A DNA stretch of 32,000 bases from Acaryochloris marina MBIC11017 (GCF_000018105.1 NC_009926.1:150001-182000); one strand, 5' to 3'. Shown: positions 16,696 through 26,260, counted from the first letter of the stretch. Notes: a model not told the origin generated them from the letters alone. Made by a program: numbers and translations.

Positions 16696-19262
16696 TACAA
16701 CTCAACAGAGATAGATCCTCGAATAGTGAACGGCTCCCCTGGGTAGATACCTCTGGCTCTCCCCCCATTCACAGAACGGATAAAGTTGACGTCGAATAGG
16801 TTGTCAATGTTGACAGCAAATTTCCAGCCATCTCGCCGATAGAAGATAGCAGCATTCGTGAGGAAATAGCTATCGACCCTAAAGCTGTCCTCCAGATCAC
16901 CAGCCCGATCACCCACAAAATTAAAGCCCACCCCAAATCCTAGTCCCTGGACATCCCCGGCTTGGATTTCGTAAGTCGTCCAGAGACTAGCACTATGTTC
17001 AGGGACACCGATCAAGTCATTGCCGATGGGGAAGGTATTGTCTTGGGTGATTTTGGCATCAATATAAGCATAGGAGGCAATCACATTCCAGCCCGGCAAA
17101 ATTTCACCTGAGATATCAAAATCAATCCCCCGGCTATTTTGCTCCCCTGTAGTGATGACAGCAAAAGGGACAACCGGATCGGCGGTGGCGACGTTTGATT
17201 TAGTAATATCAAAAAAGGCAAGGGTGGCTGATAAACGGTCTTTGATCAACTCCGCCTTAATTCCAACTTCAAACCCTTCTCCCCGCTCGGCATCCAAAAG
17301 TTCTCCCAAATCATCCGTTTCAAAGGTGGGGTTAAAGGATTTGGAATAGTTGGCATAGAGTGCAAGATAATCCGTCGGCTGAAAGACCAGGCCAACCCGA
17401 GGGCTAAACGCTTCGTCCACTTGGGTGTCTTCGACCCCCGTCACAATACTGATATTAGAGCGGTCGACGATATCGTAGCGAATACCCCCTACTAAGATTA
17501 GATTATCCAGCAGGTAGATTTGATCTTGCAGATAAACCCCCAACCGATTGACCGAATTGTCATTACCAAAGGCAATCGGCACTGTATCAAACGCAGGTTT
17601 GGGGTCGTATACGGGGTTAAAAATATCCAGAAAACTGAAAAATTCAGGGGTGGGAGAAAATCTCGTTGCCCCATTGTTGTCTGCACGAGATAGATCAATT
17701 CCGGCGACGATATTGTGCCTAATCGAGCCTGTCTCAAACTCGCCCTGAAGACTGGTATTCAGATTGAAAAAGTTGTTCTCATTAAACTGAGCCGCAAAAA
17801 CCCGCGTCAATGTTCCTGTCGGTTCATCTAGGGCAAAGGGCAAAGCGAGTATACCGTAATCATTTTTGTCATAGATATAGCTAAACTCATTGCGAAGTTT
17901 CCACTTGTCATTAAAGCGGTGTTCTAGGTCATAACCCACTTTCAAGTAGGTTTTATCTATCGTATCTTCAGGGTTATTGGTGACCCGTGAGGGTGGGATA
18001 TTAGCAATGCCATCGCCAAAAGCCAGGGTCCCAAAGTCAGCAGGATTATCCTCCTTGATGTATTCCAGGCTAAAGGTCACATCCGTTTGATCACTGATGT
18101 TCCATGTCAAAGAAGGTCCTACGAAAAAACGATCAAAACTAGTTGTATAGTCCCGAAAACTATCTTCGCGGCGATAAAGGGCGTTGAGGCGGTACAGCAA
18201 ATTGCCTTCTTTATCCAAGGGACCGGATAGATCGACACTGGGACTGATAAACCCTCGGTTACCGCCTTGAATTTGTAGCTTATAGAAAGGTTCCGATAAG
18301 GGTTGCTTGCGGACCAAATTAATCAGTCCACCGGGTTCTGACTGCCCAAACAAAACTGAGGCAGGCCCTTTTAGAACTTCTACTCGCTCTAAGTTCGCAA
18401 TTTCAGGTTCAACAGAATCATCACCAAACAGCCGAAATCCATTTTGCAAGACAGGAACGTTATCAAAGCCACGAATGGAAAAATTCAGTCCGCGACCATC
18501 GTTATTCCCTAAAAAGGTGACGCCACCCACATTCTCCACTATCTCTTCGAGGCCAATTGCCTGCTGATCTTCAATGATCTGCTTGGGAATGACTTGAATA
18601 GATTGGGGAACATCTCGAATGGGCGAATCGGTCCGTGTCCCTATGCTGGCATTAGGTGGAGCATAACCTTCTTCAGGATTAGCCGTCACGGTAATTTCCA
18701 CATCTTCATCTTCTGCCAAGGTATCGGGTGCCGATTCTGAGGCAATAGAAAAGGTGAGTCCTGAGTCTGCATTGCTAACCGTCGCTGTGGGAGCTGAATT
18801 GGCTCCTGTGATCACGACTTGCACCTGATCATCGGCCAGGTTCGTGACGCTAATTTGCGTAATCTCAGGCGTTGGGTTGGCTTGCTCAAAGCTGGGGTCT
18901 TCTGGCAAAGCTAATACAGCATTGGGAATCACAGCACTCAGACGATTTCCCTCGGTGGTGGTGGTGGGAATACTAAGCTGTCCTGTCTTAGATTCCAAAA
19001 TAATATTGAGACCCTCAGGACTGGGGTCTACTCGCACAGCCGTAATCTCAACGATGGATGCCTCAATCTGGGCCTGCCATTCCTTGACGCTGGTCGCGGG
19101 TTGGGAAGAAGGGGGCGTAGAGAGTTTTGCGAGATCGATATCTGGAGTCTCACGTCCTCCTGCAGCCTGTTCAGCCCGAACGGGAAGCGGAGCTAAAAGG
19201 CCCAAGGTGGCAATCACGGAAGGGAGACCAAGTATTATCCTACCTGGTAGTTCAAGAATCAT
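16695..19262 (-). CDS. TonB-dependent siderophore receptor (FhuA/FhuE-like) with AMIN-like N-terminus
   Basis: Plug SIQVIPKQIIEDQQAIGLEEIVENVGGV and a barrel ending in ...SISVEL. The ATG at 19262 (MILELPG) is preferred over the TTG at 19277. Confidence 0.9.
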   Translation of the reverse strand: MILELPGRIILGLPSVIATLGLLAPLPVRAEQAAGGRETPDIDLAKLSTPPSSQPATSVKEWQAQIEASIVEITAVRVDPSPEGLNIILESKTGQLSIPTTTTEGNRLSAVIPNAVLALPEDPSFEQANPTPEITQISVTNLADDQVQVVITGANSAPTATVSNADSGLTFSIASESAPDTLAEDEDVEITVTANPEEGYAPPNASIGTRTDSPIRDVPQSIQVIPKQIIEDQQAIGLEEIVENVGGVTFLGNNDGRGLNFSIRGFDNVPVLQNGFRLFGDDSVEPEIANLERVEVLKGPASVLFGQSEPGGLINLVRKQPLSEPFYKLQIQGGNRGFISPSVDLSGPLDKEGNLLYRLNALYRREDSFRDYTTSFDRFFVGPSLTWNISDQTDVTFSLEYIKEDNPADFGTLAFGDGIANIPPSRVTNNPEDTIDKTYLKVGYDLEHRFNDKWKLRNEFSYIYDKNDYGILALPFALDEPTGTLTRVFAAQFNENNFFNLNTSLQGEFETGSIRHNIVAGIDLSRADNNGATRFSPTPEFFSFLDIFNPVYDPKPAFDTVPIAFGNDNSVNRLGVYLQDQIYLLDNLILVGGIRYDIVDRSNISIVTGVEDTQVDEAFSPRVGLVFQPTDYLALYANYSKSFNPTFETDDLGELLDAERGEGFEVGIKAELIKDRLSATLAFFDITKSNVATADPVVPFAVITTGEQNSRGIDFDISGEILPGWNVIASYAYIDAKITQDNTFPIGNDLIGVPEHSASLWTTYEIQAGDVQGLGFGVGFNFVGDRAGDLEDSFRVDSYFLTNAAIFYRRDGWKFAVNIDNLFDVNFIRSVNGGRARGIYPGEPFTIRGSISVEL

Positions 19263-19355
19263 CGTCTTCTGAATCAATCTTCATACACCGCATAGACATC
19301 ATTGCTTCGCACACAAAGCTAGCTGGTTAGTATAGGGGAAAAGTCCTCTCAAAAT

Positions 19356-19386
19356 CTTTGCGATAAGTACTTTTTCCTTTGTGAAA
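19356..19386 (-). promoter_or_regulatory. Candidate operator block CTTTGCGA-N13-CTTTGTGAAA (plus-strand reading)
   Basis: The CTTTG half-sites are 21 bp apart. The nearest edge is 94 bp from the ATG at 19262. The 10-mer CTTTGTGAAA is identical to the one at 29470-29479. Confidence 0.4.
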
Positions 19387-20296
19387 TGGATTTTTTAGAT
19401 CCGAGCCGTTGGCTTTGTTCAGAAATGGCCAAAAACAGGTAACACTTGCACGACAAAGCAGGCCATCTCTATCAACACGGATGGCTACTTGAGGGATTAG
19501 AGTTGCGATTTCACTACACTTCTAAATCAATGCTCACTGCAAAACCTCTTGCAGTTGGGTGCAGGCAGCTTCAATCTTGCTAATGCTGCCAGGATTGACA
19601 AGGCCGTAATAATCAAAGGCATTAACCCGCTTATTCTGCGTCGCCTTCAGCTTGCTCCAAAACGGTTCAGACTCAAAAGCCGCTACGGGATCTTGCTCCG
19701 GGTCCACCACCAGGACAATATCGGGATTCGCCTCTAACACCTTTTCCGCCGAGAGGGTGACATAGCCTTCTACTGGGCTTTGGCCTTGCAATTCCGCCGC
19801 TAGATTTTTGGCCTTAAATTGTTGAAGTAAATCTCCAGCCCAACTATTTTTATTGGGGGCTAAGATCGGTTGTCGGCTGACCAGCACCAGGGTTGAGGCT
19901 GATTCAGCAGGTAATTTACTCAGGCATTGTTGATAGCGGGCCAATAAGGGGGCGGGATCGGCTCCGATTTTGTCCGCAATCTCTTCCGTTAACACGATTA
20001 AATCCTGCCAGCCCTTGACTTCCGTCGTCAATGTAGCAATGCCCAAATCCTTCACTTTGCAGAGGGGCTGATCATGAAAACCTTTAGCACCAATCACCAG
20101 CGTCGGCTTCAGGGCAACAATTTTTTCTAAATCAGGGGCGGTTCGTCCTTGACTGACTTGGGGGAGATCTTGAAATCGCTGGTCGGTTCCAATTAATCGA
20201 CTACCTGGAATTCCCACCAGCTTGGTGTCATCCAGGTGATGAATAATATCGGCTGTGAGGGAGGTCAAGGCTACGACCTTGACCGATTCGTTGGTC

Positions 20297-21191
20297 GTGC
20301 ATCAAAGAAGTGTGGGTTTGTTAAACCGATAGGGAGTCGAGTTGTTTTATTTCCTCATGCAATGTCCTCTATGTGGTCATCCTAAAACCCACAAACATGG
20401 CAAGACCAGCAAAGGCAGTCAACGTTACCGTTGCCCCCACTGTCAACAGACCTTTAGTGAGACCTTTGACACCCTGTGTTATCGCCGTCAGATCTCTCCT
20501 GAAACGATCCAGACCATCCTTCAAGCTCATGTTGAAGGGAGTAGTCTACGAGGACTCTCTCGCATCACGGGTGTAGCGTATAACACTTGTGTGAGTGTGG
20601 TTCGTTCAGCGAGTCATAAATCCCAAATGATTCACAATGGGGAAGTTCAGGCCGTTGCGACCGACGTCATTAATGCAGATGAGTTGTGGTCCTTTGTCAA
20701 AAAAAGCAAAAGCACTGTGAGCCGAAGGAGTTGAGGGTAGGCGACTGCTGGATAGCATTGAGTCTTGCGAAAGAGAGTGGTCTCGTGCTCAGTGGCCGTA
20801 TTGGCAGACATACCGACGAGCTAGCTCAAGAATTGATTGAAAATACTGAGGGCAAAACCGCCTGTCATCATTGGCAAACGGATGGTTGGGAAGGGTACGC
20901 ACGACAATTACCCGATGAGGTCGTCCATGAAGTGAGTAAAGCCCTGACCCAACGCTTAGAGCGGACCAATGGCATCGTGCGTCAGCAGACCGGGCGTTGG
21001 CATCGACGACAGAATAAATTTGGCAAAGTCTGGCAACAGAGTGCGATGACTTTAAGATTGGTGCTGAGCTATTTCAACTGGATTTGGTGCCACTCTCGAT
21101 TCAAGAACACGGCTGCCCAACGAGCTGGATTGACGGAGCGTCCTTGGAGATGGCAAGACTTAGCTTCCTATCCCACACTTTGTTGATGCAC
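20297..21191 (+). mobile_element. IS1-family insertion sequence
   Basis: Terminal inverted repeats GTGCATCAAAGAAGTGTGGG (20297-20316) and CCCACACTTTGTTGATGCAC (21172-21191) match at 18 of 20 positions. InsA/InsB architecture. A 12-bp direct repeat CGATTCGTTGGT flanks it at 20284-20295 and 21195-21206. Confidence 0.85.
20357..21186 (+). CDS. IS1-family transposase InsAB' (InsA zinc finger plus InsB, joined by a -1 frameshift)
   Basis: InsA has CPLCGH...CPHCQQ. An A7 run at 20699-20705 lies in ...DELWSFVKKK, and the -1 frame continues QKHCEPKELRVGDCW... The InsA frame ends at 20734. Confidence 0.8.
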
Positions 21192-21315
21192 AATCGATTC
21201 GTTGGTTGTGGCATCTGCCGTCACAGGCTTTTCGCTATTGGCAGAGGGGGGTGGGCTAGAACAGGCAAACAGTTGGCTACTGAGCAGTAGTGCGGCTAGG
21301 AGCAGCCGAGAACGG

Positions 21316-22272
21316 TTAGTCATGGGAAGGAACGGTTGAAGGAACAGGTATATCGGCTGCGCGGATGGCACAAATTTGTAAGCCCACGGGGCTATCCATG
21401 AGGGCAGCGGTGATGCCAAAAACTTGAGCCAGATTATGGGGCGTCAGCACTTTTGATACTGGTGGCGAAATATTGCTTAATTTGTTTAAAGCACCGATAT
21501 AGCGTTATCAGCTATGAAGGAAAATTGTAGTGTTGTAATTACATCAACGGCGGAATAAGTATTTTAGACATTAACAAATATTTCGCCACCAGTATCACTT
21601 TTTGAGGAGGACCCAAATCAAAGAGCTGTCCTTGTTTCAGTGGGCACTATAGCGAATCGCGAGATTGACATCATGGAGAACAGTCAGAATTGTCAGTCCT
21701 CGGTCTTGATTGAGGGATTTCAGAAGCTCTAGCAATTCGAGCTGATGGTGTAAATCTAAAAAAGTTGTGGGCTCATCTAGCAGCAAGACCTTGGGATTTT
21801 GAGCTAAAGCCAAGGCTAAAAAAGCTCGCTGGCGTTCGCCACCTGACAAGTTTTCCAGCGGACGGTTGCGAAATGACAACATCCCAGTTTGAGCCAAGGC
21901 TCGCTTAATATGCTCATGATCCGTGGGTGTTAACGACCATTGCCACCAGGATTGATAGGGGGGCCGCCCTAAGCAGACCAGTTGGTGAACGGTTAGCCCC
22001 GCTGGGAGAGTTTGGTGCTGGGGCAAGACGGCCATCTGTTGAGCAACGGCCTGAGTGGATTGCTGTTGAATGGCTTTGCCATCCAGAAGAATTGTGCCTG
22101 CTTGCAGGGGCAACATGCGGCTGATCAGCTTTAATAAAGTCGATTTCCCGGAGCCATTCGCCCCCAATAAACTCAGCCACTCCCCCTCCTGCAGGGTAAA
22201 AGCAACGTCTTTAACAACGCTGGTTTGGTCATACCCACCGCTAATTTTTTGCAGGTCTAGGAGCATAGTCAT
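21316..22272 (-). pseudogene. FecE/FhuC-like ABC ATPase, disrupted by a frameshift and a MITE
   Basis: Walker A GANGSGKST, LSGGERQR, LLLDEPT. The frame breaks after ...AIRYSAH (about 21637). It continues LKQGQLFDLGPPQKV in another frame, is then interrupted at 21455-21596, and resumes LTPHNLAQVFGITAAL... to the stop at 21316. Confidence 0.85.
21455..21596. mobile_element. 142-bp MITE-like element
   Basis: Perfect 20-bp terminal inverted repeats GATACTGGTGGCGAAATATT and AATATTTCGCCACCAGTATC. A 6-bp direct repeat ACTTTT lies at 21449-21454 and 21597-21602. There is no ORF. Removing the element restores PPQKVLTP. Confidence 0.8.
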
Positions 22273-22890
22273 ACCCCTAACGGAGACATACGACGATACA
22301 GCAGCCAGATAAACAGAGGAGAACCTAAGAGAGCAGTAACTGCACCTACCGGTAGTTCAACGGACCCAAGTCGAGCCAGCAGATCGGCCAAAATCAACAC
22401 CCAGGCTCCACCAAGAGCAGACAAAGGAACGACCCAGCAATAGTCCGTGCCGACTAAAAGGCGGACACCATGGGGGACGACTAAACCGACAAAGCCAATT
22501 AAACCCGCCATACTAACGGCACTAGCGGCTAATAGAGTGGCTATCCCACCGATTAAGAGACGCGATCGCGTCAACGATACCCCCAAACCTACCGCTAGTT
22601 CATCTCCCAAATTGAGGATATTGATATTGCGGGACAGCAAACAGCCTGCAATCAGCGCACCGCCAATATAGGGACCAGCATTGACCACTTCTGTCCACCC
22701 TCGTCCATTCAAACTACCAATCAGCCAATTGAGGGCGGCTTGAATCCGACCGTCATCGGACAACAATAGTAGGGTGGTTTGTACTGCACCTAGAGCTAAC
22801 CGCAACCCCACCTAACACTAAACGTTCCACCGCAATCCCGTTGGCAGTATGGCCTAAACGATAGACCTTATCGGAAATAGCGTAGACACC
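22269..22890 (-). pseudogene. FecCD-family permease, C-terminal part only, frameshifted
   Basis: ...IGFVGLVVPHGVRLL...LGSPLFIWLLYRR. The upstream piece GVYAISDKVYRLGHTANGIAVERLVLGGVA is in a different frame, with the shift near the run CCCCACC at 22806-22812. The N-terminal half is absent. An ATGA overlap links it to the ATPase gene. Confidence 0.8.
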
Positions 22891-22923
22891 TCACAGAAGC
22901 GCTTTTTTCTCTCACATTTGTGA

Positions 22924-23254
22924 TTAGGCAGTTCCAAATTGCCCGGTAGGTTTCCCACGACGGTGAGTCAACCGGAAATTATGGAGCCCACAAGCTGTTT
23001 CCATGGCATCATCAACATAGTGGTCAACCCAATTTCTAAATCTCTGAACCACTATCTGACAACGCTTAATCCCCCCGATTTGGTGTTCTACCTCCACTCG
23101 AACCTGTGAAATTTGTCGATTCTCCTCTTTTTGTATGTTTGTCAATTCTGCGTTGCGAGGTTTCTTCTTCGGTTGTTTGATGCTCACTCCGCTTGGGGCA
23201 AATCCTTGGAACCCAGTATCTTGCCAAAGCTCACTCCCTTCTGGGAACTGATAC
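22924..23254 (-). pseudogene. IS5-superfamily (DDE_Tnp_4-like) transposase, C-terminal fragment
   Basis: ...WQDTGFQGF...KKKPRNAELT...ENRQISQVRVEVEHQIGGIKRCQIV...CGLHNFRL. The first 10 codons of the ORF-track ORF come from the IS3 inverted repeat. Confidence 0.6.
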
Positions 23255-23286
23255 CTGACCTTTACTCGAAAAAGTGGACAGTTCAT

Positions 23287-24206
23287 TTAAGCTGCAAGTG
23301 TTTGATTTAGTGTCCTCCAGTAATTTTCTTCAAATTGGACAGGGGTGCAATATCCAATGGTTGAATGCAGTCGTTGTCGGTTGTAGAACACCTCAATCCA
23401 TTCTGCAATGACCGTCTTAGCCATCGCTCGGTTAGCGAACGTTGTGGGATAAATTAACTCAGTTTTGAGGGTCCCAAAAAAGCTTTCAGCAACCGCATTA
23501 TCCCAGCAATTGGCTCGACGACTCATACTACAAGTGATTCCCCTCTTCAATAGAGCCTGTTGATAGTCTCCACTGGCATATTGACTGCCTCGGTCAGAAT
23601 GAAAGATTAATCCAGTCTGTGCTGGTATCCGTTGTCCTAAAGCAGCCTTTAGGGCATTGAGAACTAATGGTGTGCGCATATGCTCAGCCATGGACCAACC
23701 CACCACCCGTCGAGAGAACAAGTCAATAATCACGGCCAAGTATAACCATCCCTCATGGGTTCGGATATAGGTGATATCTGCAACCCAAGCTTGGTCAGGC
23801 TCCTCAGTCGTAAACGTCCTGTCTAGGATATTCGGGGCAATCGGCCCATCATGCTCAGAATCAGTGGTGACTTTGAATGGACGTTTCGCTTGGGCACAAA
23901 TCCCCAGCTGTGCCATGAGCCGGACTACCCGTTGGCGACTGGCTCGAAATCCTCGGGCAATCAGAGATGCATGAATTCTCGGTGAGCCGTAGGTTTGACG
24001 ACTCTCATCATGAATCTGTTGAATCCGCTCTGACAAGATTGCATTCTCCTGATGTCTAGGGGAGGGCTGGCGCTTCATCCAGGCATAGTAGCCACTTCTC
24101 GATAACTTGAGGACTTTACACATCAAGGTAATGGTGACGTTCACCTTCTCTGACTCCATTAACTCATAGGGTCTGAGCGTCCCTGAGCAAAGAAGGTTGC
24201 TGCTTC
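23287..24206 (-). CDS. IS3-family transposase orfB (rve integrase core)
   Basis: DQAWVADITYIRTHEGWLYLAVIIDLFSRRVVGW...HSDRGSQYAS...CWDNAVAESFFGTLKTE. Confidence 0.85.
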
Positions 24207-25561
24207 CTAAGAAACACAATCCCCTGTACCAATGGATTCAAGCTTAAATCCGAATTCGGCTGCTTTACGATGGAGGTTTTTAAGAACCCGCTGGCGGTAT
24301 TTTTGCTCGTATTGATCTGCACCAGGATCTACATAGTCCATGCCATAGCGGACTGCATTGTAAAAGAGCACAGCGAGTTTGCGTGCTGTGGCCGTCACGG
24401 CTTTCGCCTTTCCAATTCGCGCAGCTAGGCGGCGATAGAAAGCGCCCAGAGCCGTATTAGTTCGCCCAACAGCCACTGCAGCTCGTCGCAAATGTGTCGT
24501 TACTCGGTTGGTTGTCTTACCGGAGTAAGCAGAGAGCAATTTGCCACCTGATTTTTTGCTTCCGGGTGACAGTCTTAGCCATGAGGTGAAATGTTTAGCT
24601 GTCGGCCACCGACTGAGGTCAACCCCACACTCCGAAATTAAGCGTAGTGTAGATAAGGGCCAATCCCATGAATTTGAGTGAGATCCCTTCCCACTAGTTG
24701 ATAGAGTGACGCTCGAACATCAAAATTGATGGCATTAGGTTGGCGCGTTTTAGAACGGATCTTCGGTATTGGCGAAGTAGGCTCTGGCTTGTCTTGATTC
24801 AGTTTTGCTAATGAGCGCTCAATTTCAATATCGCATTCCTGGACTCGGGCTTGATAGAAGTCATACAGGGTAAGGGCTTGAGTGAGGGCAAAGATATGCT
24901 CTGGTTGGTTATTACCACGCAGCGACGCCTCAATCGTCTCCTGACTTGCTCGGCAACGCACGTCCCGCATCTGGGCCAACTTGACCGGGTCACGCTCGCC
25001 AGCAACAATAGCCCGAATAATCTTCATCCCTGTCGCACCCGTGATGTCACTAACGACATTCTGAAGCTGCATATTCATCAAGGTCAGGGCTTTTTGCATA
25101 TGCTGAATATGAGCGGCCGCATAATCTAAGTGCCGCTCACGTATCCGTAGATAGGCTCGAAGGGCAGCAATATCTCGACCGGGCCGAAAACTTGCCCGCA
25201 GTAGACCGCAAGCGTGTAACCGCTGTAGCCACTGAGCATCATTAACATCTGTCTTGCGTCCTGGGACATTACGAGCCTCTCGTGCATTGACCAGTATCAC
25301 GTCTAACCCTCGGTCCTCAAGGATCTCAAACACTGGCACCCAGTAAACGCCAGTGGACTCCATCGCCACTGTTTTAATGTTGAATTGAATCAACCAGTCA
25401 GCAAGACGATGTAAATCGGAGGTAAATGACTCGAAGGTTTGAACGGATTCATCAGCTATTTCAGGTGGTACTGCAACAACATGAAACCGTGACCCAATAT
25501 CAATCCCCGCTGCAAATGGTTGCACTACAGGCAAGCCCGTTCGTTCAGATTTATCTGACAT
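24207..25561 (-). pseudogene. IS110-family DEDD transposase with one frameshift
   Basis: N-terminal domain AGIDIGSRFHVVAV...VAMESTGVYWVP...RKTDVNDAQWL. The frame is lost after HGIGP (about 24650), and another frame continues LSTLRLISECGVDLSRWPTAKHF...KAKAVTATARKLAV. Confidence 0.8.
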
Positions 25562-25897
25562 GGATAGTCCTCTAACAAGTGGATAACCCGGATGGGAACT
25601 CGGGTTAAATCACTTTCCTAAACGGGGTCGTATGAAACGCCACCAATATTGAGTCCGCAGCTTTCCCTGGGCCCGGTTTTTTGACGGGGTGCTACCTCCA
25701 AAAAGCAGACGGCCACTATCCGGGTACTTGACAGTGTATAGTCCAAACCAGTGGAAAACATACCTCCAAAATGAGTCTAAAAGCTTTTCACAGAAGGAGT
25801 TGTAGCTCAACGAGAATGGGAGTCCCATCCTCGTCGCCAGTCAGATCTTTTTGTGTTTCTAGTCTATTGGGGCAGGCTGAAGCGTGGAGATGGTTTT
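24207..25897 (-). mobile_element. IS110-family element inserted in IS3 orfA (boundaries within about 5 bp)
   Basis: It breaks the orfA sequence ...ERDFLK / EAATFFAQ. It carries an IS110-type recombinase and has no terminal inverted repeats, as expected for this family. Confidence 0.75.
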
Positions 25898-26156
25898 TTA
25901 GGAAATCTCGTTCCATTTGAACGCGTTTGAGGTCTCGACGTAATTGGTTGAGTTCTTGACGCTCAGCAGATGTCAAGGGGCCACCGGGGATAGGGTGTTG
26001 GTCGATTTGGGCTTGTTTGATCCATTTGCGTAAGGCACTCGGGGTTAAGTCCAGTTCTCTCGCCACTTGATTAACAGATTTACCAGACTGTTGAACAATT
26101 TTGACGGCCTCAGCCTTCTGTTCAGTAGTAAAGGTTCGACGGGGTCTTTGTGTCAT
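25898..26156 (-). pseudogene. IS3 orfA (HTH), 5' portion severed by IS110
   Basis: MTQRPRRTFTTEQKAEAVKIV...NQVARELDLTPSALRKWIKQ...RVQMERDFLK. The tail EAATFFAQGRSDPMS is found just below 24207. Confidence 0.8.
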
Positions 26157-26260
26157 GTAAACATTCTCCTAGGGTATCGACTCTGCGAGAATGTCCACTT
26201 TTTCGAGTAAAGGTCAGCAACAATTTTCAGATTTCATTAGCTGCTTTTGATTTGAAGAGG

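Larger units (their letters stand above)
19534..21323 (-). pseudogene. BtuF/FecB-like periplasmic binding lipoprotein split by an IS1-family insertion
   Basis: The N-terminal piece MTNRSRLLLAALLLSSQLFAC...ADATTNES (21323 down to about 21195) and the body ...TTNESVKVVALTSLTADIIHHL... (about 20295 down to 19534) join in frame once 20297-21191 plus one repeat copy are removed. Confidence 0.85.
23255..26217 (-). mobile_element. IS3-family element carrying an internal IS110 insertion
   Basis: Perfect 26-bp terminal inverted repeats: CTGACCTTTACTCGAAAAAGTGGACA at 23255-23280 and its reverse complement at 26192-26217. OrfA/orfB architecture. About 1.27 kb once the internal insertion is removed. Confidence 0.85.

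Noticed and set aside
21168-21419. 83-aa ORF MASPLPSW...
   Set aside because: It is a chimera. Its upstream part overlaps the ATPase tail in another frame, its middle is the true signal peptide of the IS1-split binding protein (ATG at 21323), and its end runs into the IS1 inverted repeat.
25610-25828. 72-aa ORF in the IS110 left end.
   Set aside because: It has no motif and lies in the non-coding end that is expected to be RNA-coding in this IS family.
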